From Flavobacterium sp. (GTDB lineage Bacteria > Bacteroidota > Bacteroidia > Flavobacteriales > Flavobacteriaceae), in the NCBI RefSeq assembly GCF_044360715.1, contig NZ_JBIKJY010000013.1, positions 1,254 through 65,253 on the forward strand: a stretch of 64,000 bases of DNA. The letters are read 5' to 3'. Shown here piece by piece: positions 8,469 through 16,026 of this stretch; the stretch's first letter is position 1; each line of letters begins with the position of its first letter. The notes under the pieces were generated by a model. It was not told the origin of the DNA and made no database searches. It saw only the letters and a list, made by a program, of their open reading frames with translations. A program made the position numbers and the translations under genes.

Positions 8469-9299
8469 ATGGCATACAACAACGAAGAATCAATTAATTA
8501 TTTAGAATATAATTCGCAACGGGAACATTTAATTATTCCTGAATACGGAAGATATGTTCAAAAATTAATTAACCAAATTACAGCTATTGAAGATAGAGAA
8601 AAGCGTAACAAAGGCGCTCGATATGTAATTTCGGTATTGGGAAATTTGAATCCACATTTACGTGATGTGCCAGATTTTCAGCACAAGCTTTGGGATCAAT
8701 TGTTTATTATGTCTGATTTTAAATTAGATATCGATTCTCCATTTCCTATTCCTACAAGAGAAGTAGTGCAATTGAAACCAGAACGTTTAACGTATCCACA
8801 AAACTTTCCAAAATACCGTTTTTACGGAAACAACATCAAATATATGATTGATGTAGCACGTAAATGGGAGGAAGGCGAATTGAAAAATGCTTTAATCATT
8901 GTGATTGCCAATCATATGAAAAAATGTTTTTTAAGTTGGAATAAAGATACGGTTACGGATGAAGTTATTTTTAATCATTTATTAGAATTATCTAATGGTG
9001 AATTGAACTTAACGTCAATGAAAGAAGAACTTTCTACGTCGCAAAATTTATTGAAAGTAAATAAAAAACAGTCAAATAAAACGCAGTTTTTTACTAAGAA
9101 TGATACGTCTACTACCAACAGAAATCCAAATAGACCGCCAGCAAACCAAAACAGACCGCAACAAAATAACAATAGAAATCAGAATGCATCTAATGCAAAA
9201 CCGAATTCGCCAGATAATACAAAAGCCAATTTAAATAATCCAAATTATAAAGGCGGTAAAAATTTTAAACCAAAAAATAATCCTAATAATATAGTATAA
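8469..9299 (+). CDS. DUF4290 domain protein with an N/P/Q-rich low-complexity C-terminal tail
   Basis: 276 aa. It is conserved in flavobacteria as the partner immediately upstream of murA. The tail begins near residue 197. Confidence 0.7.
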   Translation: MAYNNEESINYLEYNSQREHLIIPEYGRYVQKLINQITAIEDREKRNKGARYVISVLGNLNPHLRDVPDFQHKLWDQLFIMSDFKLDIDSPFPIPTREVVQLKPERLTYPQNFPKYRFYGNNIKYMIDVARKWEEGELKNALIIVIANHMKKCFLSWNKDTVTDEVIFNHLLELSNGELNLTSMKEELSTSQNLLKVNKKQSNKTQFFTKNDTSTTNRNPNRPPANQNRPQQNNNRNQNASNAKPNSPDNTKANLNNPNYKGGKNFKPKNNPNNIV

Positions 9300-10610
9300 A
9301 TGGGAACATTCAAAATTGAAGGCGGAAAGCCCTTAAAAGGAAATGTGCAACCACAAGGTGCAAAAAACGAAGCATTACAGGTTTTATGTCCTGTTTTGTT
9401 AACCTCAGAAAAAGTTAGAGTAACTAACATTCCTGATATTATTGATGTAAACAAACTAATTACTTTATTAGGTAACTTAGGTGTTAAAATTCAGAAAAAC
9501 GGACCTGGTGATTATACGTTTCAAGCGGACGATGTAAATGTTGGGTATTTAGAAACGGAAGCTTTCAAAAAAGAAGGTGGAAGTTTACGTGGATCTATTA
9601 TGATTGTAGGGCCTTTATTAGCTCGTTTTGGAAAAGGATTTATACCAAAACCAGGTGGTGATAAAATAGGAAGACGTCGTTTAGATACCCATTTTGAAGG
9701 ATTTATTAATTTAGGTGCTAAATTTAGATACAATAGAGAAGACCATTTTTATGGTGTAGAAAACGAAGGCCGATTAAAAGGCGCGTATATGTTATTAGAC
9801 GAAGCGTCTGTTACAGGAACCGCTAATATTGTAATGGCAGCAGTTTTAGCCGAAGGAATTACAACAATTTACAACGCAGCGTGCGAACCGTATTTGCAAC
9901 AGTTATGTAAAATGTTAAATTCAATGGGAGCGAAGATTACTGGTATTGGTTCTAACTTATTAACTATTGAAGGTGTAGAATCTTTAGGTGGTTGTGAACA
10001 CAGAATTTTACCGGATATGATTGAAATTGGCTCTTGGATTGGCTTAGCGGCTATGACAAAAAGTGAAATTACAATTAAAGATGTAAGTTGGGATAACTTA
10101 GGACAAATTCCGAACGTATTTAGAAAACTTGGAATTACTTTAGAACAAAAAGGAGACGACATTTATATTCCTGCACACAAAGATGGGTATGAAATTAAAA
10201 CCGATATTGACGGGTCTATTTTAACGGTTTCTGACGCCCCTTGGCCAGGATTTACGCCTGATTTACTAAGTATTATTTTAGTAGTTGCTACACAAGCAAA
10301 AGGAGACGTTTTAATTCATCAAAAAATGTTTGAAAGCCGTTTGTTCTTCGTGGACAAATTAATTGATATGGGTGCCAAAATTATGTTGTGCGATCCACAC
10401 AGAGCGGTGGTAATGGGACATAATTTCGAATCGCAATTGAAAGCTACTGTGATGAGCTCTCCAGATATTAGAGCGGGTATTTCGTTATTAATTGCAGCAC
10501 TTTCTGCAAAAGGAACCAGTACCATCCAAAATATCGAACAAATTGATAGAGGTTACGAAAGAATAGACGAACGATTAAGAGCGCTTGGCGCGAATATTGT
10601 AAGAGTATAA
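9300..10610 (+). CDS. murA: UDP-N-acetylglucosamine 1-carboxyvinyltransferase
   Basis: 436 aa. Motifs FKIEGGKPLKGNV, KNEALQ and GGDKIGRRRLDTH. Confidence 0.95.
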   Translation: MGTFKIEGGKPLKGNVQPQGAKNEALQVLCPVLLTSEKVRVTNIPDIIDVNKLITLLGNLGVKIQKNGPGDYTFQADDVNVGYLETEAFKKEGGSLRGSIMIVGPLLARFGKGFIPKPGGDKIGRRRLDTHFEGFINLGAKFRYNREDHFYGVENEGRLKGAYMLLDEASVTGTANIVMAAVLAEGITTIYNAACEPYLQQLCKMLNSMGAKITGIGSNLLTIEGVESLGGCEHRILPDMIEIGSWIGLAAMTKSEITIKDVSWDNLGQIPNVFRKLGITLEQKGDDIYIPAHKDGYEIKTDIDGSILTVSDAPWPGFTPDLLSIILVVATQAKGDVLIHQKMFESRLFFVDKLIDMGAKIMLCDPHRAVVMGHNFESQLKATVMSSPDIRAGISLLIAALSAKGTSTIQNIEQIDRGYERIDERLRALGANIVRV

Positions 10611-10618
10611 ATAAAAAA

Positions 10619-10643
10619 AGCGACAGAGATGTCGCTTTTTTTT
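10619..10643 (+). terminator. Rho-independent terminator after murA
   Basis: agcgac-agagat-gtcgct hairpin followed by T7. Confidence 0.8.
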
Positions 10644-10657
10644 ATTGTTTTTTAGGG

Positions 10658-10758
10658 GTTTTGTTCGGGTTTTGTTCGGAGTTTGTTCGGTAACGCTACG
10701 AGAAAACGGGGCTTTACAGCCGATTTACCGAACAACTACCGAAGGAATACCGAAGAAA
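10658..10758. repeat. Inverted pair of 3 x 11-bp tandem arrays (iteron-like or MITE-like)
   Basis: Left arm units: gttttgttcgg (10658-68), gttttgttcgg (10669-79), agtttgttcgg (10680-90). Right arm units: taccgaacaac (10726-36), taccgaaggaa (10737-47), taccgaagaaa (10748-58). The inner arms tttgttcggtaa/ttaccgaacaa form an 11-bp perfect inverted repeat. Confidence 0.85.
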
Positions 10759-11013
10759 TGTATGTTTAATGTATGATTTTTTGCTTTAAGAAATTAAGAA
10801 TTATAAGTACAAAACCAACTTCAAAGTTTGCCAAAAACCCCAAATGTCGTGTAAATGCTATTGGTGGTAGTTTTTATTTCAAGTTTCTTATTCTATTTTC
10901 TTTAACAATCTATAATAAATTACGTTTCCGTTTCCTTTACCGTCATCTAAACTCATTATTAAATTTCCTTTTTTTAAAAATTCGTTTATGTCAATCGCAA
11001 ATAAATTCACACC

Positions 11014-11379
11014 CTAAAGCTCTTGATAATCTTTAATTTCTTTATTATCAATAGTTAAAAATTGTCCGTCTAATTTATAATTTGGCGTTTTATCAAATGG
11101 TAAAACTTTAAAAACTTCTTCTAACTCTTTAGATGTATATTCATAATCCTTATCAGACATCATTGAATATACTTTACCATTTTCAAAAAACGCAAACCAT
11201 TGATGTTTTTGAGGCCAAGGATTTACTTGATTTAAATTTTCCTCATTAGGAATTTCGACTTTTTTCCAAAAACCTATTAATTCACTCAATTTTGGTGGTC
11301 CGCCTGCTTCTGATTTATTGTCTTGTGCAAAAAGTGAAATTGAAAATAGGGTCAATAAAATTAGTAGTATCTTTTTCAT
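11014..11379 (-). CDS. Hypothetical secreted protein; possibly truncated by an in-frame TAG (see findings)
   Basis: The signal peptide MKKILLILLTLFSISLFAQ starts at the internal Met, so I prefer the start at 11379 over 11424. A TAAATTTTG-type -7 box (TAATTTTG) lies upstream. Confidence 0.6.
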   Translation of the reverse strand: MKKILLILLTLFSISLFAQDNKSEAGGPPKLSELIGFWKKVEIPNEENLNQVNPWPQKHQWFAFFENGKVYSMMSDKDYEYTSKELEEVFKVLPFDKTPNYKLDGQFLTIDNKEIKDYQEL

Positions 11380-11562
11380 TTTTAAGTTATAATATTTTTT
11401 ATCGTTCAGTTTTTTCGGTCGCAAAATTACCTACAACGTTTTATGGCTTTACGTCAGTTGCGGACTACGTAAAGACGGGGTTTTTATTAATTTTATTTTT
11501 CTTGCGAACTCGTAATTCCACTATTTTCCGCAATTGCGTAAAACCACTGTTGTAGGTAGTTG

Positions 11563-11994
11563 TTATTTTTCTGTCTTTGTTTCATTCTTATTTGGCAATC
11601 TGCTAATTGCTTCTTCTTCAATCTTTTTTGTTATTTCCTTAGGAGTATAAACATTTAAGCATATTAATGAAAGACATAAACCTATAAGAAAAGTAATAAC
11701 AGATATTGCTGTTTTGTTAAAATTGTAATGTACAATTAATACAATAAAACCTAAATTTAAAAACAGAAAAAGTGTAATAACTTTAGTCCAAGTTGAATCA
11801 AATACATCAACCCATATTAAACAAGACACAATAAAAAATAAAGGAATTAATATATACAACCAAAAATCAGGAATCTTTTTAGTTATTGGTTGTGTATTTA
11901 TGTAAGTATTCAAATCACAACCAAAATCTTTTAGTAAGTTTTTGATTTCATCTGCATCCCCTTCTAATTCTTTTATTTTAATCTTCTTTGCCAT
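11563..11994 (-). CDS. Hypothetical membrane protein (about 3 TM helices)
   Basis: 143 aa. Three hydrophobic stretches follow a charged 45-aa N-terminus. It lies 3 nt downstream of the preceding ORF. Confidence 0.6.
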   Translation of the reverse strand: MAKKIKIKELEGDADEIKNLLKDFGCDLNTYINTQPITKKIPDFWLYILIPLFFIVSCLIWVDVFDSTWTKVITLFLFLNLGFIVLIVHYNFNKTAISVITFLIGLCLSLICLNVYTPKEITKKIEEEAISRLPNKNETKTEK

Positions 11995-11997
11995 AAA

Positions 11998-12369
11998 CTA
12001 TGAATCAGACGGTTTTACAATTTTATATATATCGTTATCGACTGCTCCCAAAGTCCATTCAGAAGAATTATTGTCTTTTATTAAAACAATCTTATTTTTT
12101 ATTAAAATTATGTTTGTACCCGCAAAGCTATGTAAATGCTCACCTTTTTCATTTTCAAATAAGTTTGTTCTTTTAAAAGCATCATAAATATCTTTTGATA
12201 AAGTTCTAACTTCGTCTTTATTCGAGGAATTTAAATTAAGCTCAAATACTATAATTGCGCCACTATCAAATGGATAAACCGTGGATTGCATACCTACATT
12301 CGGTTTCAGACGGCTACTAAATACTCTTCTGAAATTATTTATATAATTTTGTATGTCTTGTTTTTCCAT
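11998..12369 (-). CDS. Hypothetical soluble protein, first gene of a two-gene operon
   Basis: 123 aa from MEKQDIQ (ATG at 12369); the track ORF extends to 12417. I recognise no motif. Confidence 0.5.
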   Translation of the reverse strand: MEKQDIQNYINNFRRVFSSRLKPNVGMQSTVYPFDSGAIIVFELNLNSSNKDEVRTLSKDIYDAFKRTNLFENEKGEHLHSFAGTNIILIKNKIVLIKDNNSSEWTLGAVDNDIYKIVKPSDS

Positions 12370-12640
12370 TTTAATATTTTTTACAAATATCTTTCTTTTT
12401 AGTTTCTCAAACAACATTTTCTACATCGTGTTTTTCAACGTGTAGTATGTTTTACAATTACCTACAATTTGTATATATGCGAAACTTTCAAGCCACTTTT
12501 ATTCCAAATTGTAAAGATTGGCGAAAGTTTTTTTTCGATTTCTAATTTTTCAAATATAACAAATCAATTCGAAACTTTTTTGTAGAATGATTTCTACAAA
12601 ACGAGAGGTAGGGAAGGTTGTGAAGTGTTAAAAAACAGTT

Positions 12641-14440
12641 TTACTCAATAACCAATTCTTTCAATTGCTCGCGGTATTTTTCTAAAATATCCGCTTTGGA
12701 GATAAAGCCTATAAATACTTTATTTTGTACCACGGGTAAAATACTTTGTTGTGTGGTTTCAAATGTATTCATAATGGTTTCTATGGTGTCCTCAAAATCA
12801 ACAACATCTTTATCTTTTACCGGTTGCATTACTTCTGTAATGGAGGTAAATTTTACTTTAAACGCAGAAAATATTATCGGACGGATATCATCCAAATAAA
12901 TTAAACCTATTAGTTTGTTATCGTCATTTAAAACAGGGAAAATAACATCGTCAGTACTTGCTATTTTTTCAATCAACGATTCTAAAGTTTTAGATTCGGT
13001 AACAGTATTAAAATTATTGTTAATCAATCGTTTCACATCAATAGATTGTAATATATTTTTGTCTTTATCATCCGTAAAAACGTCGCCTTTATCGGCAAGG
13101 TTTTTAATGTCAAACGAGTACGGTTCAAAGTGTTTTGAAATAGCAAAACTTATAGAAGATACCAACATTAAGGGCACCATTAAACTATAACCACCCGTAA
13201 TTTCAGCAATTAAGAAAATAGCAGTTAATGGCGAGTGAAACAAACCACTTAATACACCAGACATTCCCACCAAAGTGAAATTACTAATAGGCAAATTTGT
13301 AATTTTTAGCATATTAATAAAATACGCGGTAGAAAACCCCAAATACGAACCCACAAACAAAGAAGGGGCGAAGTTACCACCATTTCCACCCGCACCTAAA
13401 GTAATTCCTGTCGCAAAAACTTTAAACAATAGGGTTAGGGTAATGAAACCAAAAATAATCCATTTGTTCGATTCAAATTTTTCTAAAAGGGTATTTTCTA
13501 ATAGTTTTTCTGGCTGATTGGCGGCTAAAAGCTTAATCCCTTCGTATCCTTCACCAAATAAACTGGGAAATATAAAAATTAATATTCCTAAAATTAAGGC
13601 ACCAAACAAGGCTTTTCGGTAGGTGTTTTTACTTCGTGTAGCGAAAAAATGTTCCACTTTTCTAAAATTTCTGGCATAATGAATGGAAACAAACCCAGAC
13701 AAAATTCCTAAAATAATGTAAAACGGAATGTTCTTAGAATTAAACTCTTGTATCGATTTAAAGCTAAATAAAGCATCTTCATTTAATAATAACATCGAAA
13801 CGATAGAACCTGTTGCGGCACTAATTATTAAGGGTGTAAAAGCCGTAATACTTATTTCTGTTAAAACTACTTCAATAGCAAACAAAACTCCTGCAATAGG
13901 CGCGTTAAAGGCAGCAGCTATTCCGGCAGCGACACCACAAGCCAAAAGTAAGGTTCTGTCTTTGTAACTTAATCGGTATTTTAAGGCATAATTACTACCA
14001 AAAGCCGCTCCAGTAATCGTAATTGGCGACTCCAATCCAGCACTTCCGCCCATACCCACGGTTAACGAACTGGTAATTATTTGCGCATACATTTGTTTGT
14101 CTGGCAATACGCTGCGCTTTTTGGCAACCGCATACATAATTTGAGACGTGCCTTTTTGTATGTTTCCGTTTAAGAAATTTTTAATTACAAATACCGTTAG
14201 TAAAATACCAATAATAGGCAAGGTACTTTTACTGTAAGGTAAATGCAGTTTTGTATTTAAATACTGTGAAAATAAAAAGACATTGTGTGCAAACGTTTTT
14301 AGTACAATTACCGCCAAAGCAGCTGATAATCCTACTAAAACACTTGAGATATACAAAAACTGACGTGGCTCTAAAACCGACTTCAGTTTAGAAAAATAGT
14401 TTTCAAAAAAATGCGCTATTTTTTGTATTCGCTTTAACAC
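12641..14440 (-). CDS. ClC family voltage-gated chloride channel with a C-terminal CBS pair
   Basis: 599 aa. Motifs GGSAGLESP and GGNFAPS (selectivity-filter-like), with a CBS-like C-terminus. Confidence 0.9.
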   Translation of the reverse strand: MLKRIQKIAHFFENYFSKLKSVLEPRQFLYISSVLVGLSAALAVIVLKTFAHNVFLFSQYLNTKLHLPYSKSTLPIIGILLTVFVIKNFLNGNIQKGTSQIMYAVAKKRSVLPDKQMYAQIITSSLTVGMGGSAGLESPITITGAAFGSNYALKYRLSYKDRTLLLACGVAAGIAAAFNAPIAGVLFAIEVVLTEISITAFTPLIISAATGSIVSMLLLNEDALFSFKSIQEFNSKNIPFYIILGILSGFVSIHYARNFRKVEHFFATRSKNTYRKALFGALILGILIFIFPSLFGEGYEGIKLLAANQPEKLLENTLLEKFESNKWIIFGFITLTLLFKVFATGITLGAGGNGGNFAPSLFVGSYLGFSTAYFINMLKITNLPISNFTLVGMSGVLSGLFHSPLTAIFLIAEITGGYSLMVPLMLVSSISFAISKHFEPYSFDIKNLADKGDVFTDDKDKNILQSIDVKRLINNNFNTVTESKTLESLIEKIASTDDVIFPVLNDDNKLIGLIYLDDIRPIIFSAFKVKFTSITEVMQPVKDKDVVDFEDTIETIMNTFETTQQSILPVVQNKVFIGFISKADILEKYREQLKELVIE

Positions 14441-14517
14441 AAGGTTTTTTTTTAGAATGGCTAAAATACGCTATTTTTTTAAAATAATTGGCACTTTTTT
14501 ACGCTGAAAATTGCAAA

Positions 14518-15186
14518 TTATATGATTTTTCTAATGGCTTCTTTCTTGCTTAAGGGTTTTAAATTGGTGCTGTTTACATAATGTAATACTGCAGTTGGAT
14601 TTACCGAACCGTATTCGCGTAAAGCCCAGCCAATCGCTTTTTGAATGAAAAATTCAGTAGAATGTTTGTGTTTTTCGCATTCGGAACGCAGTAACTCAAA
14701 ATCTGTACTTTTTTTATATCCCAATTGAAAAATAATAGCTGTTCGGTTGAGCCACATTGCCTCTGAATTGGAAAACTTTTCAATAATTTCGAGTGTTTTT
14801 TCTGGGAACGCTTTTAAATAGCCACCCACAGCATATTTAGCCAACGTATCTACGCTGTCCCACCAAGAATTAGTAAGCAGTAATTTTTCAATTAAAACGA
14901 TATCTTCAATTTGGTACTTGTTTTTTATTTCTTTTAGAAAAATATCAATAGCTGCGTGATGCATTTCTCGTTGCGGCAGTTGGTATAATTCCCAACATAT
15001 GGCTCTAAAATTTGTTTTAATTTCATCTTTAAAAATGGAAGTGCAATTTTTCAGAATATCACGTCTGGATTGGGTTTGAATGCCGTAAAAAGGAAAATTA
15101 TTTTTTAAATAATCACTTTGCTTTTTTCCGTAGGCCACATTTTCATTGGCTTCAAATTGTTGCTTAATTGTAGTAACAAAACTCAT
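14518..15186 (-). CDS. DNA alkylation repair protein (AlkD-like HEAT repeat)
   Basis: 222 aa. The pattern YLKNNFPFYGIQTQSRRDI...WW..D is typical of the family. Confidence 0.75.
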   Translation of the reverse strand: MSFVTTIKQQFEANENVAYGKKQSDYLKNNFPFYGIQTQSRRDILKNCTSIFKDEIKTNFRAICWELYQLPQREMHHAAIDIFLKEIKNKYQIEDIVLIEKLLLTNSWWDSVDTLAKYAVGGYLKAFPEKTLEIIEKFSNSEAMWLNRTAIIFQLGYKKSTDFELLRSECEKHKHSTEFFIQKAIGWALREYGSVNPTAVLHYVNSTNLKPLSKKEAIRKII

Positions 15187-15772
15187 TTCTTAATGTATCT
15201 AATTCTAATTTAGTTTGATGTTGTAATGCTGTAAAAAAAGCTAAAAATTCTTGTTCCAATTCAGTATAAAATTCCTTTACTTCATTTATGGCTGCGGGCA
15301 TATTTACTCGGTTTTTGGTACGATAATCCATTTGAAATAAAATCAATTCCAATCCTTCTAACGATTTATAGCACACCAACCAATTGGTTTTTATCATATA
15401 CGGTAATAGGTGCTGTGTTTTTGGTGTTAACACATCATACTTGTTTTGTAATAAATTATAAAAGGCATCGGCATATTTTTCTAAAGTAATATTTGAAAAA
15501 AGCGACCAGTTTTTAGCTAAAAAATGATCATAAATAATATCCATAATTACACCTGAATAATGTCCGAATTTCTCGTGCAATCGATGTTTGCTTTTACGAT
15601 ATATTTCGTGAGCATCCGTATACGTGTCAATAAAACGGTGTAATTTAATTCCAATTTGAATCCCAACTGGATACTGCTCATACTGTTTTCCTTTCACAGC
15701 ATCAGCCATAAAATTACCAACTTTTATGAAATCGTCTTCATCGGAAAGGAATATATGTGCGAGATAGTTCAA
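15164..15772 (-). CDS. acpH: Acyl carrier protein phosphodiesterase
   Basis: 202 aa. The MNYLAHIFLS start is characteristic of AcpH. Confidence 0.8.
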   Translation of the reverse strand: MNYLAHIFLSDEDDFIKVGNFMADAVKGKQYEQYPVGIQIGIKLHRFIDTYTDAHEIYRKSKHRLHEKFGHYSGVIMDIIYDHFLAKNWSLFSNITLEKYADAFYNLLQNKYDVLTPKTQHLLPYMIKTNWLVCYKSLEGLELILFQMDYRTKNRVNMPAAINEVKEFYTELEQEFLAFFTALQHQTKLELDTLRNEFCYYN

Positions 15773-15825
15773 AATTAAAGTTTAGGTGTTATTTGGTTGT
15801 TCGTTTAAATGTAAAAATGTTTTTT

Positions 15826-15878
15826 AAACACAGATTTTAGAAATTTTAGAAATTTACATAATTTTTATAATCTGTGTT
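15826..15878. repeat. Palindromic element aaacacagatt...aatctgtgtt with an internal 2 x 9-bp tandem (ttagaaatt)
   Basis: 10-bp arms at 15827-36 and 15869-78. The tandem 9-mers are at 15837-45 and 15846-54. It sits in the divergent acpH/glmM promoter region. Confidence 0.8.
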
Positions 15879-15958
15879 GCGAAAAAAATTAAAAGTTATT
15901 TCTTTCGTAAATATATAAAATACTTTGTATGTTTTATTGCTATCTTATGGTTAACATT

Positions 15959-15966
15959 TATATTTG
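15959..15966 (+). promoter_or_regulatory. -7 promoter box TATATTTG upstream of glmM
   Basis: Exact TAnnTTTG match about 60 nt upstream of the ATG at 16027. Confidence 0.35.
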
Positions 15967-16026
15967 TACTTTATTTGGGGTTTACTTCTAAACTGTATAA
16001 ACCTTTAAACTTTTAAATCTAAAACA

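Noticed and set aside
10773-11036. An 87-aa plus-strand ORF in the murA-downstream gap.
   Set aside because: Its composition is implausible (F/L/K/R runs). It also overlaps, on the opposite strand, the in-frame continuation of the secreted-protein gene, which reads as a far more protein-like sequence.
11426-12470. The shared motif TTGTAGGTA(A/G)TT at 11426-38 (minus), 11549-61 (plus) and 12458-70 (minus), and its resemblance to the MarR operator half-site TTGTAGGTA at 29980. I considered MITE ends flanking the orphan operon, or a common MarR regulon.
   Set aside because: Exact matches are only 9-12 nt long. In 64 kb of AT-rich DNA, several such matches are expected by chance even when restricted to intergenic DNA (I estimate a few). 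The copy at 11426 is better explained as part of an ordinary TAATTTTG -7 promoter box. This is worth a genome-wide motif count, but the window alone does not support it.
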